Of a DNA stretch of 64,000 nt, positions 9,281 through 18,777 are shown one piece after another. The translations under genes were made by a program, and so were the position numbers. A model generated the notes under the pieces. The model had not been told where the DNA came from. It was given only the letters and a program-made list of their open reading frames with translations, and ran no database searches. Source of the stretch: an uncultured Candidatus Saccharibacteria bacterium. GTDB taxonomy: Bacteria; Patescibacteriota; Minisyncoccia; Phycocordibacterales; JACOZG01. Position 1 is the first letter of the stretch. Each line of letters begins with the position of its first letter. The DNA lies in contig CAZYXJ010000001.1 in assembly GCA_964651115.1 (NCBI GenBank), positions 106,509 through 170,508 of the forward strand. The letters run 5' to 3'.

Positions 9281-10562
9281 GACAATACGCCACTACTCGG
9301 TCAACCGGAATGATTTCTGTCTCGCTACTGCGTCGGCGTTTAGTCTCCACCCCACCACTCGCCAGACTGCGCTCGCTAACCACCAAGCGCAACGGCAAAC
9401 CCAACAAATCGCTATCGGCAAATTTTTCGCCAGCGGAAACTTCTCGGTCGTCGTAAAGTACCTCAATCCCGGCGCCCACCAGTGATTGATAAAGTTCTTC
9501 CGCCTTAGCCAGCACCGCCTCATCCTTGCCACCCAAGCCAATCAGGTGAACAGCAAAGGGCGCCACGGCGGCCGGCCAAACCAAACCTCGATCATCTGAG
9601 AGCACCTCGGCAATCGTCCCCAGAATCCGAGTCGGGCCCAGACCGTAGCTGGCCATCAACACCGGCTGGCGCTCGCCGGCCTCGTCCACAAAAGACAGTC
9701 CGAGGGCCTCCGAAAAGCGCGAACCTAATTTAAAAATATTTCCCACCTCAATCGCTTTGTGTGGCACCAAATCATCTTTAATCAAACGCAATTCGGCCAA
9801 AACTTCATCAGTGCAAACTTCCGTATTAACTGCCACTCCCCGCTCGCTGGAAAGATAAATGGTATCTTCGCCCGCCTCACAAATCGTCTGGAACTCATGG
9901 CTAAATTTGCTAAACATGCCACCAGAAGCAAAGGTGCGGTAAGTTAGATCGCCAAGACCGACCGCCTTAAAAATCCGTTCGTAACTAGTGGCCACCCGTT
10001 CGTAAAACTCATCGAGGTCCGCCATCGTCGCGTGGAACGAATAGAGATCCTTCATTAAAAATTCGCGGCCGCGCAACAGTCCGCTCTTAGCCCGCGTCTC
10101 GTTGCGGAACTTAGTTTGGATCTGATAAACAGCGCGCGGGAGATCGCGATAGGATTGAATAAAATCTTTCATAATCATCGTGAACGCCTCCTCGTGCGTT
10201 AGACCCAGACCCACCACTGACTCATTTTTTAAAGTCGTTTTAAACCAAACATCAACCACCTCATCGCTCCACCGACCCGTGGTCTGCCAACTGGTAGGAT
10301 CTTGAAGGGCTGACAATTCTGCCTCGCTCGCACCCAAGCCAGCCATCTCGCGACGGATAATGGAATTAATTTTTTCCAGCACGCGCAAACCCAGCGGCAG
10401 AAGAGAATAGACGCCGGCTAACTCTTTGTGCACATAACCGGCCCGGATCAAAAGTTCGGCGTTACGAGAGACCTCATCCTTAGGAGCTTCGCGGCGAGTT
10501 TTAGTAAAAAGTTGAGATTGGCGCATCGCCCTTAGCTTACTAGAAACCGCCCCCAGGGTCAA
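9273..10562 (-). CDS. proS: Proline--tRNA ligase (short bacterial type without editing insertion)
   Basis: 429 aa. N-terminal MRQSQLFTKTRREAPKD is typical of ProRS, and class II motifs 2/3 are present. Confidence 0.8.
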   Translation of the reverse strand: MTLGAVSSKLRAMRQSQLFTKTRREAPKDEVSRNAELLIRAGYVHKELAGVYSLLPLGLRVLEKINSIIRREMAGLGASEAELSALQDPTSWQTTGRWSDEVVDVWFKTTLKNESVVGLGLTHEEAFTMIMKDFIQSYRDLPRAVYQIQTKFRNETRAKSGLLRGREFLMKDLYSFHATMADLDEFYERVATSYERIFKAVGLGDLTYRTFASGGMFSKFSHEFQTICEAGEDTIYLSSERGVAVNTEVCTDEVLAELRLIKDDLVPHKAIEVGNIFKLGSRFSEALGLSFVDEAGERQPVLMASYGLGPTRILGTIAEVLSDDRGLVWPAAVAPFAVHLIGLGGKDEAVLAKAEELYQSLVGAGIEVLYDDREVSAGEKFADSDLLGLPLRLVVSERSLASGGVETKRRRSSETEIIPVDRVVAYCHG

Positions 10563-10598
10563 AAAACGAAAAAGGCGCCCGGATTTCTCCAGGCGCCC
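10561..10598 (-). terminator. Rho-independent terminator between the hypothetical gene and proS
   Basis: A GGCGCC...GGCGCC hairpin at 10574-10597, followed on the minus strand by a T-rich run (tttttcgtttttt). Confidence 0.5.
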
Positions 10599-10616
10599 GA
10601 CCCCCCCCTAGCATCT

Positions 10617-11024
10617 TCAGCTCGATGGCTGAGATTGGTTATTGTACGTGAGACCAACCCGACCAACCCAGAGAACGTCCGTGAACATCCCGGGCTCATT
10701 CCAAATAAACGAAACCTGTCGGACGACCACCTCATCGCCCACCTCCAACTTAAGGGAGGGGTCGATCAGGGCCGCGTAAATGCGGTTGGAGCTTTCTTTC
10801 CTCACCACCGCCCGACCGAAGGGAAAATCCGGGGTGGACGCAAGGAGGCGAACGACCGTCACCTTGCCGGGGAAATCCTTAACGCTAATCGGCCGGCCGA
10901 CGGACAAGTTAATCCGCTCAATCTCCCTCTGAACAGGATCGGTGGGCTTGCTACGCAACATCAGGTAGAGACAAACACCAAACAACCCCAAGGCCACCAC
11001 CTTACCAACACGATCCATAGTCAT
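10617..11024 (-). CDS. Hypothetical membrane-anchored protein
   Basis: 135 aa with an N-terminal TM. No recognisable motifs. Confidence 0.4.
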   Translation of the reverse strand: MTMDRVGKVVALGLFGVCLYLMLRSKPTDPVQREIERINLSVGRPISVKDFPGKVTVVRLLASTPDFPFGRAVVRKESSNRIYAALIDPSLKLEVGDEVVVRQVSFIWNEPGMFTDVLWVGRVGLTYNNQSQPSS

Positions 11025-11052
11025 GGCAGAACCCCTTTCTTTAATTAGATAA

Positions 11053-11075
11053 TGATCAACACCGAGTGTTGATCA
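11053..11075. repeat. REP-like palindrome TGATCAACAC-CGA-GTGTTGATCA (copy 1)
   Basis: Perfect 10-bp inverted repeat with a 3-nt spacer in an intergenic region. It is identical to the copy at 28586-28608 and closely related to the copies flanking the Y1 transposase gene. Confidence 0.7.
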
Positions 11076-11146
11076 GGAAAAGAAATCCAACGACATCCAA
11101 CACCACAATACATCAATATAAAATTTTGTCAATAGAGACAGTGGCC

Positions 11147-12253
11147 CTAAAAAAGATTGGCGATATCGTGGAAGGTAATCACCGCCATCAGCACCAATAG
11201 CAAGACAAAACCAAGGCCATTGGCCCAATTAGCAATAGCCGGACGAATGGCTGAACCTTTAATTTTTTCGATCAATAAAAACAATAGGCGTCCCCCATCA
11301 AGCGCCGGAAAGGGTACCAAGTTAATCACCGCCAAATTAATCGAGATCAGGGCCGTAAAGCTAAGCAGGTAAACCAAGCCCATCACTCGGGCATTCCCCA
11401 CTAGACCAACCAGGCCCACTGGCCCCGTGACGCTAGCGATAATTGATTCGCCCCGCCAAGCTTGCGCGACGAACGAAGCGAGCGCCGCGGCCGTGGCCTT
11501 AGTGAGCGAGACGGTCAAGTTAAAACCCTCCGCGATCGCGCGATGAGGCAGGACCTGACGCAGAGCAATCTCCTCCATCGCGATACCCAAAACTGGCGCC
11601 GAACCAGCTTGGAGCGATCGAGGCATTAGTTCGACCCGAGCCACAGGTAAATCCTTGCCGGTCAATACCCGTCCTCGACGATACTCCAAAATAATTTCCT
11701 CAGCGGGATGATCGGCGACAAAATCTTGCACCAGTTCTGGCGTTAATTGACCGGTGGTTCGGACCGCCGCGGCCCCTAAAGCGACGAGCTCGTCGCCGGG
11801 CCGGAGGCCCGCGGCCGCGGCGGGCGAATCGGGCATGACGTTAGTAACCAATAGTCGAGATGGCACACCGGGCATCTCGGCGGCCGGCGAAGGTAATCCA
11901 ACCATCAAGCCAACCGAAATTAATCCCCAAGCTAAAATTAAATTAAAAAAGACACCCGCGGCCAAGACCACGGCCTGTTGCCAGCGTGGCTTGTTAACCA
12001 AACTTCGACCCGAATCTACTCCCGTTAACGAATCGGCGTCTGGCGTCTCGCCAAAAATTTTGACAAACCCACCAAACGGAATAAGGTTGATCGAATATTC
12101 GGTTTCGCCCCGACGCCAGCCAACTAATTTGGGTGGAAAGCCCAAACCAAACTCGTCCACCCGAACACCAAAATATTTAGCCGCCAAAAAGTGCCCCAAC
12201 TCATGAGACAAAATCAGCACGGCTAAAATGATAAAAAATAAAACTAAGGTCAT
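11147..12253 (-). CDS. rseP: RIP metalloprotease RseP (site-2 protease, M50 family with PDZ domain)
   Basis: 368 aa. It has an HELGH zinc motif in the first TM, a central PDZ-like region and a C-terminal LDGG motif. Confidence 0.85.
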   Translation of the reverse strand: MTLVLFFIILAVLILSHELGHFLAAKYFGVRVDEFGLGFPPKLVGWRRGETEYSINLIPFGGFVKIFGETPDADSLTGVDSGRSLVNKPRWQQAVVLAAGVFFNLILAWGLISVGLMVGLPSPAAEMPGVPSRLLVTNVMPDSPAAAAGLRPGDELVALGAAAVRTTGQLTPELVQDFVADHPAEEIILEYRRGRVLTGKDLPVARVELMPRSLQAGSAPVLGIAMEEIALRQVLPHRAIAEGFNLTVSLTKATAAALASFVAQAWRGESIIASVTGPVGLVGLVGNARVMGLVYLLSFTALISINLAVINLVPFPALDGGRLLFLLIEKIKGSAIRPAIANWANGLGFVLLLVLMAVITFHDIANLF

Positions 12254-12801
12254 CCGGCAATTTCGGCTTCTTTACGTTCTAGCGCCGACTTTATTTTCTG
12301 ATTAACCTCATCTACTTGAGCTTGCAGATCTTCCTTCAAACGAAATTTTTCGTCTTCCGAAATGGTGCCATCCTGCTCGCCAGCCTGAATTTCGTTCCAA
12401 GTTTTTTCTCGCTCTTGCCGCAAAGCAATCCGCGCGGCTTCGGCCTTCTCACCCGCCACCTTAGACAACAATTTTCTTTTTTCCGCAGTCAGATCGGGGA
12501 AAATCACTCGAATGGCTGGACCATCCACGGTTACCGAAACGCCCAAATTAGCCACGCTAATGGCCTGCTCAACCGCCTTAACTTGAGATTTATCCCACAA
12601 AGTAATCCGCAAACTTCGCACGTCATCAACACCCACCGAGCCAAGCTGTTTAAGGGGCACACGCGAACCATAAGATTCGACGTTAATGCTATCGAGCAAG
12701 GCCGGAGTAGCGCGACCGGTTCGGATCGCGGCAAACTCCTTGGCCAAGTGATCAAGCACACCGTCTACGCCCGATTTAAATTTTGCAAATGAATAAGCCA
12801 T
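12250..12801 (-). CDS. frr: Ribosome recycling factor
   Basis: 183 aa; the translation is strongly RRF-like throughout. Confidence 0.9.
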   Translation of the reverse strand: MAYSFAKFKSGVDGVLDHLAKEFAAIRTGRATPALLDSINVESYGSRVPLKQLGSVGVDDVRSLRITLWDKSQVKAVEQAISVANLGVSVTVDGPAIRVIFPDLTAEKRKLLSKVAGEKAEAARIALRQEREKTWNEIQAGEQDGTISEDEKFRLKEDLQAQVDEVNQKIKSALERKEAEIAG

Positions 12802-12834
12802 AGCCGTATCGTACCACAGGTGAAAAGCTCTCGC

Positions 12835-13440
12835 CTAGACGCGGGGCAAAACCAGCGCCAAGTGCTCCAAAACTAGTTTAGGCAAGCCCGCTCGCGCGGC
12901 CAAAAAACGTCCAGCTTGCACCAGTTCGGCCAGGCCCCGGCGATAGCCGCCATGGTGGCGCGCCTTAGCGCGCCACGCCTCACCCAGCGCCTGGAGACCG
13001 GCCAAGGCTGCCACTCGCCCCTCTCCAGCGCTGGCTTCGGCGGCCAATAATTCCTCGACTAAGTCCAAACGGATCTCCGGTTTGGCCGACAAAAATTTCT
13101 GGGCCCAAACATTCTCCGGCGCCGCGCCCCAAATAATCTCCACCCGCGAGAGCAGAGTCGGCAACAAGCTTGTGCCCCGCGGCACCACCAAAATAAAATA
13201 ATGTCCTGGTGTCGGCTCCTCAAAAGTTTTCAGGAGGGCCTGTTGAGCTTCCAGGGTCACGCTCCCCGCCTCAATTAACCAAAATCGACTTTCTTCTCCC
13301 AGGGTCCGGCTTTGAGATTCTTTGAGAGTCCGACTGTCATCAATCGTTAAAACCGCAAACTGTTGACGAATCAAACCCGGACCAAGATCAATCAAAATTT
13401 CTGGAGGCAAATTTCCAAAACAAACTCGCGCATGATGCAT
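12835..13440 (-). CDS. holB: DNA polymerase III delta-prime-like protein (short, lacks recognisable P-loop region)
   Basis: 201 aa. It carries the clamp-loader box QQALLKTFEEPTPGHYFILV and the sensor-2-like LLPTLLSRVEII, but is much shorter than typical HolB. Confidence 0.5.
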   Translation of the reverse strand: MHHARVCFGNLPPEILIDLGPGLIRQQFAVLTIDDSRTLKESQSRTLGEESRFWLIEAGSVTLEAQQALLKTFEEPTPGHYFILVVPRGTSLLPTLLSRVEIIWGAAPENVWAQKFLSAKPEIRLDLVEELLAAEASAGEGRVAALAGLQALGEAWRAKARHHGGYRRGLAELVQAGRFLAARAGLPKLVLEHLALVLPRV

Positions 13441-13442
13441 GC

Positions 13443-14456
13443 CTAATTTTTGCTCATGACGCTTTTTTTGTAAACGTCGAGATGCTCAAGCGCGATACCC
13501 GTGCCTTTGGCCACGCAATAGAGAGCTTCTTCCGCCAAATGAGCCCGCACTCCCGTCCGCCGGAAAACTAATTCCGGCAGATTAGCCAACAAGGACGAAC
13601 CGCCAGTCATAATAATCCCATGATCAATAATGTCGGCCGCTAGCTCGGGAGGCGTATCTTGGAAAACAGTTTTAATCGCCCGAACAATTTCGCGCAACTC
13701 ACTATCGATGGCCCGCACAATCTCATTAGTCTTAATCTCCGCCGACCGAGGCAACCCCGTCAAAAAGTCCCGACCGCGAATGTCGTAAGCCAACTCCTCC
13801 TCCAGCGGCACCGCGGAGCCAATCTTCATTTTAACTTCTTCCGCCGTCTTATCACCGATAGCCAAATTGAAAGTTTTCTTGATGTAATCAGCGATGGCTT
13901 GATCAATTTTATTACCAGCACACTTAACTGACGTGGCCGCCACGATACCACCGAGCGAGATTACCGCCACGTCCGTCGTCCCGCCGCCGATATCACAAAT
14001 CATATAGCCCCGCGGTTCATAGATCGGGATGCCGGCACCAATCGCCGCCAAAATCGGTTCCTTAACCACGTACGCGTTTTTCGCGCCCGCGCGGATCGCG
14101 GCCTCAATCACCGCGCGCCGCTCCGTCGAGGTAATGCCCGCCGGGACCGAAATCAAAACATCGGGTTTGAGAAAATTATAACGCCCCAAAGCCTTGCCGA
14201 TATAATAGCGCAACATAATCTCCGTCACGCGATAATCAGCAATCACGCCATCTTTAAGGGGTCGATAAGCCGTGATCCCGTCGGGCGTCCGACCAATCAT
14301 CTCTTTGGCTTCCAAACCCACGGCTAAAACTTTTTTATCTAATTCCGAAACCGCCACCACTGATGGCTCATTAAGAACAATCCCTCGGCCCGGAACAAAA
14401 ACCAAGGTATTGGCCGTGCCCAAATCAATTCCCAACCGTCGGACGAAAAAAGCCAT
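13443..14456 (-). CDS. Second MreB/Mbl-like actin homolog
   Basis: 337 aa with GIDLGTANTLVF, DIGGGTTD and the full actin-fold ATPase. It is a distinct paralog of the mreB at 8216-9280. Confidence 0.85.
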   Translation of the reverse strand: MAFFVRRLGIDLGTANTLVFVPGRGIVLNEPSVVAVSELDKKVLAVGLEAKEMIGRTPDGITAYRPLKDGVIADYRVTEIMLRYYIGKALGRYNFLKPDVLISVPAGITSTERRAVIEAAIRAGAKNAYVVKEPILAAIGAGIPIYEPRGYMICDIGGGTTDVAVISLGGIVAATSVKCAGNKIDQAIADYIKKTFNLAIGDKTAEEVKMKIGSAVPLEEELAYDIRGRDFLTGLPRSAEIKTNEIVRAIDSELREIVRAIKTVFQDTPPELAADIIDHGIIMTGGSSLLANLPELVFRRTGVRAHLAEEALYCVAKGTGIALEHLDVYKKSVMSKN

Positions 14457-14498
14457 GGCGCCATTCTATGCTCTTTTCCAGTATTTGCCAAACCGACC

Positions 14499-16133
14499 TT
14501 ATTCCGTGAACTTGAAACGAGGGATCTCAATATCCTTAGTCAAAACGCCGCGTTTGAGGTCAAGGGGTTCCGTTTTGTAAAAAGTGTAATAGGTGCCGTC
14601 GGGATTCTTTTTTTCGAGCGTCAGATAATAGGTGCCCGGTCGAACTAAAAAGTAAATCCGGCCCAATTGATCGGCCACCAACTTTTTAACCTCTTGATTA
14701 ATGCCCGCCAGGTGGACCTTAACAATCACGTAAGGCAGGGGCTCATTGGTAATCTGCTGTTTAATCGTCACCAAACGGCGGGTGTTGGAATGCAGAGAAC
14801 GAAAAACGTAAAGCAAAACGTAAAGCAAAAAGACGCCACTATTTAACACGCTCGGCGCCATAATCAACGAACCCAAAGCCAAAACAAAACCGAAGACGTA
14901 AGTAAGCTTAAGCGCCCGCACCGTGATCAACTCTTTCTCAAAGCGGAATTGATTAAAGTCACCTTCGCGTTTCGCAAATTCGTTCCAGTCAAAACCCAAA
15001 GGATCCATCGGAATGTTAACGGCAATTGCCTCCTCACCCGTTGTTGTTACTGGACCGCCAAAATAGAGATTGGGGTAAAGCTCATCTTCTTTCTTGGCGC
15101 GCAAAAATTGCGACGGAAAGCGGTAATGGGACTTACTGACCTTAAGCTCATAAGTACCCGGCGGCACCAAAAAACCGTAACGACCCTCGATATCGGTAAT
15201 CGCGCTAGCGATTTCTACTCCATCTTTACTAACCGTCACATAAGCCGGATCAAGAGGGCGCTTAGTCACCGAGTCATAAACCGTCCCCCACGGCTTGCGC
15301 TTGCGCCGAAAGCCCAAGGCTCCAAAAAGCGCCCCCAAACCACGGGCCAGCAACAGATAGATATCATAAAAAGAGCCAATCGAACCCAAGGCGATAAATG
15401 GAGAGGCACCAGCCAGCACACCAGAAGCAATCGTCAGCGGTCGAACTACGGAATTAAAGGCGTCCGCGGCGCTGTCGCCCAGCGCGCCAATACCCGCCAC
15501 CTGCAAGGTACCCGACAACTTCTTCACTCGCTGATTACGAAAATCCAAAATGTGGATGTTAAACGGATACAAACCCGCGTGCGTCAGAGGCGCGATCGTT
15601 GCCGAGTAAACCTTACGCTCGTCATCGGCTCGTAAAACGAAAGAAGCGATCGCGCCGGGATTAGACGCGTCAAAAATCGTCATACCAATCGTCTTTAAAA
15701 CTTCCGGCACTTGCTCGTAATCCAAAGCGACCGTCAAATGCTTCCGCCCATTGATCCTGACATTACCGTTGTCGGTAAAGTTTTTTACTCCCTCGCCAAT
15801 TTGGATAAACGAAAAACTCTCCAGCGACAAGCGGGCCAGTTTTTCTTCGTCAGACAAACGAGTAGGTAGCAAATCGAACGGATCACCCGCGCCCGAACCA
15901 GACACCGGCGTTACCACTGGCGGCTCCGGCGGCAAGGACGGGGGTTCGGAGATATCTCCACCCTCGGAGCCGCCAGCATTACCCACCGAACCACTCGTTT
16001 GCGCGCAATCAAAGTTAGGGCAGATAATCGGTAGCGAGACGATAATGGTCGACTCCGAACCCTCCAGCGGCCGACCCAAGCCCAGCACCAAAACACCCAA
16101 GATCAAACCTAATTTTAAAAATGGAAGCTTCAT
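14499..16133 (-). CDS. Hypothetical membrane protein with two carboxypeptidase-regulatory-like beta-sandwich domains
   Basis: 544 aa. It has a signal peptide, internal TM helices, and two segments (DSVTKRPLDPAYVTVSKDGVEIASAITDIEGRYGFLVPPGTYEL and PLPYVIVKVHLAGINQ...YFLVRPGTYYLTL) matching the CarbopepD_reg pattern. Confidence 0.45.
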   Translation of the reverse strand: MKLPFLKLGLILGVLVLGLGRPLEGSESTIIVSLPIICPNFDCAQTSGSVGNAGGSEGGDISEPPSLPPEPPVVTPVSGSGAGDPFDLLPTRLSDEEKLARLSLESFSFIQIGEGVKNFTDNGNVRINGRKHLTVALDYEQVPEVLKTIGMTIFDASNPGAIASFVLRADDERKVYSATIAPLTHAGLYPFNIHILDFRNQRVKKLSGTLQVAGIGALGDSAADAFNSVVRPLTIASGVLAGASPFIALGSIGSFYDIYLLLARGLGALFGALGFRRKRKPWGTVYDSVTKRPLDPAYVTVSKDGVEIASAITDIEGRYGFLVPPGTYELKVSKSHYRFPSQFLRAKKEDELYPNLYFGGPVTTTGEEAIAVNIPMDPLGFDWNEFAKREGDFNQFRFEKELITVRALKLTYVFGFVLALGSLIMAPSVLNSGVFLLYVLLYVFRSLHSNTRRLVTIKQQITNEPLPYVIVKVHLAGINQEVKKLVADQLGRIYFLVRPGTYYLTLEKKNPDGTYYTFYKTEPLDLKRGVLTKDIEIPRFKFTE

Positions 16134-16136
16134 AAA

Positions 16137-16907
16137 TTAAGACGCGCTAATCGAAACAATTAAAGTCGCCGAGGTGTTAATCGTCAGCGGAACCGTCGTC
16201 GGCGCATCATTCAAACTAGATCCTAGTTCGGCTCGTAATTTTAAATCCAAAACTCGATTAGTCACCGCTCCGATCGACTGAGCAACGGTCGTAGCGGTAG
16301 TGGCAAAACCGTCCCAACAGTGGCCAGTCGTCGCCGTGCCCGCGCCGCAAACTAAGCCATTGTTTTTAAAAGTCGCTACCAAATCTACGCCTTCGGGACT
16401 AAAACCAAACCCCGACTCCCCGGCGCCCACCAACCAATCAAAATCCGGAGCGCCCGCGTAATCATTAATACTAATGGAGGTGCCGCGGGCGCCTGAACCC
16501 TTAAGGGCTGGATCAGTCGTGGCTCGGACGGAAAATTGATATCCGCCTCCTTCGCTAGTAATCACCCACGACGAAGTCGCATTGACTTGGCCGCCTTCAT
16601 TAATCGCCAGTGACGACGCCAGAGAGACATCCCCCGGCGAAGTCACCACAATCTCGCCGCCCAATAGCGCCTGATAACCAGCGTTAACCACGTAAGATCC
16701 GCTGCTACTCAACCCCGTCGCTACCTCACCCACCGTCTGATCGACACTATAAGATGTACCCGCCGACGAGCCGCCACCAATCGAGATACTGTCAGCGGCA
16801 ATCTGATAGTTAGAGCTCGAGCTGACGGCCGCCACGGCCAATCCCGGCACACTCAAAACTAACAGCAAAAATTTTATTAAACTCAAATTAGATTGCCGCC
16901 AAATCAT
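16137..16907 (-). CDS. Hypothetical secreted Gly/Ser/Thr-rich beta protein
   Basis: The start was trimmed to an internal Met (MIWRQSNLSLIKFLLLVLSVPGLAVAAV, a signal peptide), giving a 4-nt overlap with the upstream gene instead of 88 nt. The composition is beta-rich and there are no TMs after the signal. Confidence 0.4.
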   Translation of the reverse strand: MIWRQSNLSLIKFLLLVLSVPGLAVAAVSSSSNYQIAADSISIGGGSSAGTSYSVDQTVGEVATGLSSSGSYVVNAGYQALLGGEIVVTSPGDVSLASSLAINEGGQVNATSSWVITSEGGGYQFSVRATTDPALKGSGARGTSISINDYAGAPDFDWLVGAGESGFGFSPEGVDLVATFKNNGLVCGAGTATTGHCWDGFATTATTVAQSIGAVTNRVLDLKLRAELGSSLNDAPTTVPLTINTSATLIVSISAS

Positions 16908-17749
16908 TTTCGTCGCCACTGCCAAATTAGACCAATAATTATTCCCAGGGCTCCGACAAACCACCAAATCGACGGGCGACGGTGAGACCAAAAAATCGTC
17001 CGCCGATCCACTTCATTATTATACCCCCGATTAAGTTCGAGCGTGACCCAATAATAACCGGCTGGCCAATCGTCGACGGCAACGTCAAGCCAACGCTCGG
17101 ATTGAGGCAAAACAAACCATGGCTCAATAGCCCGGCTGGCAAATTTTTCGCCCCACCAATGACGCAAGGTTAACCCGCCGTAAGGATTAAGCTTGAGACT
17201 GCCACGATTAGCATAAATAAGTCGGAGGTGATCATCACCCACTGGTCCGAAATCGAGCAACTCTCCCCGCTCTTCGCCTCGACCGCTAATCCGCGCAAAA
17301 ACCAACGCTCCAATCTCGGTGGTTAACTTAACCGTAGAAGACGCGCCACTACCAAGACTAAACAAAATTGTCCCATAAGCTTCGGCCACTGGCGAAGAGG
17401 AAGCTAGGGAAAAATAAATCGGGACGGACTGCGACTGACCGGGCGCCATCCGATAACTGGCCGCCAGCGAAGACTCCTCCACGATCGACGATAACGCGTA
17501 AGAACTTGTTGAGGTCTCAGACAGTAGCTGGTAAGCCAGCGCTGGGGAATCGGCGGGAGCCACATCCACCACTCGCGGACTAACCGTAATCGTCTGATCA
17601 GAATAATTTTTGAGAGTAAAAATCTGCAGCACCGGCTGGCCGGTCATCAAATCCAACTCCACTCGCGCCGGCGACAAACCCACCTTCGTCTCGGCAAACG
17701 AAGTCAAAGGCCAAACCGCTAAACTGATTAAAAATAGCCACCACTTCAT
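16904..17749 (-). CDS. Hypothetical surface protein with C-terminal TM anchor
   Basis: 281 aa with a signal peptide and a C-terminal WWFVGALGIIIGLIWQWRRK anchor. The topology resembles the DUF916-type cell-surface proteins of WxL clusters; this is inference only. Confidence 0.4.
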   Translation of the reverse strand: MKWWLFLISLAVWPLTSFAETKVGLSPARVELDLMTGQPVLQIFTLKNYSDQTITVSPRVVDVAPADSPALAYQLLSETSTSSYALSSIVEESSLAASYRMAPGQSQSVPIYFSLASSSPVAEAYGTILFSLGSGASSTVKLTTEIGALVFARISGRGEERGELLDFGPVGDDHLRLIYANRGSLKLNPYGGLTLRHWWGEKFASRAIEPWFVLPQSERWLDVAVDDWPAGYYWVTLELNRGYNNEVDRRTIFWSHRRPSIWWFVGALGIIIGLIWQWRRK

Positions 17750-18777
17750 TAACGTCGAACGGGGGTAATAAGAAATAAATAACGATCAGCCGTTGGCCGG
17801 CTAAAAATTGGGGTAATCACTCCGCTCGTTCCCGTTTGATCAACCTCCAGGCGGATTTGATCAGAGAAGGTGCTCTGAATACGGGCCAAAATAGCCGCAT
17901 CCGTTTCTAAACTGCCAGACGAAGGCGCCAAAACCACACCCGTGGACGGCGAACGTCCAGCTGACGAACCGCCGCTAGCTTGTTTGGCCAAAACTTGCAA
18001 TTGGGCCGAAATCTGATCGGTAATATAGCGTTCGATCTCGGCCGTCGTCGTAGCGGCAAAAACTCCGCCACCCGCCAAATGATAACTACTTGGGCTGGCC
18101 ACCCCCTCCACGCCCAAAAATTTTCGCCAATTAGCGGCCACTCGCAGACGAATCAAGCGCCAACGCTCAGGCAAAGTCGACCAAAACGACTGAGCTTGAT
18201 CCAACTCCTCGACCGCACCGCTCACCACCGTTTCAGTCGCCGTCGCCGCCACCGATCCCACCGCTCCCGCGGCCGCCACCATCCCGGAAGAAAGTGGCAC
18301 CTCCGGCCAATCAATCGACCAAGCCGTCAGAATGGCCAAGCGCTGTTCGATCTTCGGCCACCAAGCGTAAGTCAGCGGCCAAGCCAAAGAGGTGCCGGAA
18401 CCAACCAGCATCAACAGAGCCACGGCCACTAAGGCTCGATACATTTTTAAATTATTATTTCTTTCTCGAGATTGTTGGCGCGCGCGAGAAATTTCGTCCT
18501 TAACCTCACCCACTCGCGCGCGCAATAATTGGCGACTAGCCGGATCAGCCAGTCGAGCGAGCGCGCCTTCGGCAATAAACCAGTCACGGCCGACGCGGCG
18601 ACACTCCAGTTGGCCTCGTTCACACATAAAAATTAGATCGTCAGCACTCCAAGACGAACGAGACTGCGCTTCTTCCAAAGAAACGTACGTAATCACGCTC
18701 TCTAGTATACCATAATCAAAAATGCTAAGGTTTAATCCTATGCACATCGTGAGCGTCATTCCTTTGGCGCGGGGCAT
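17749..18777 (-). CDS. Hypothetical protein with N-terminal excisionase/MerR-like HTH and one TM
   Basis: 342 aa. Residues ~30-75 look like a helix-turn-helix, followed by a TM and an Ala/Ser-rich extracytoplasmic part. The start codon is uncertain. Confidence 0.35.
   Translation of the reverse strand: MPRAKGMTLTMCIGLNLSIFDYGILESVITYVSLEEAQSRSSWSADDLIFMCERGQLECRRVGRDWFIAEGALARLADPASRQLLRARVGEVKDEISRARQQSRERNNNLKMYRALVAVALLMLVGSGTSLAWPLTYAWWPKIEQRLAILTAWSIDWPEVPLSSGMVAAAGAVGSVAATATETVVSGAVEELDQAQSFWSTLPERWRLIRLRVAANWRKFLGVEGVASPSSYHLAGGGVFAATTTAEIERYITDQISAQLQVLAKQASGGSSAGRSPSTGVVLAPSSGSLETDAAILARIQSTFSDQIRLEVDQTGTSGVITPIFSRPTADRYLFLITPVRR

Noticed and set aside
16908-16991. Upstream extension of the secreted protein ORF (16137-16991 as given)
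   Set aside because: The extension overlaps the preceding gene by 88 nt and precedes an obvious signal peptide that begins at an internal Met. Trimmed to 16137-16907.
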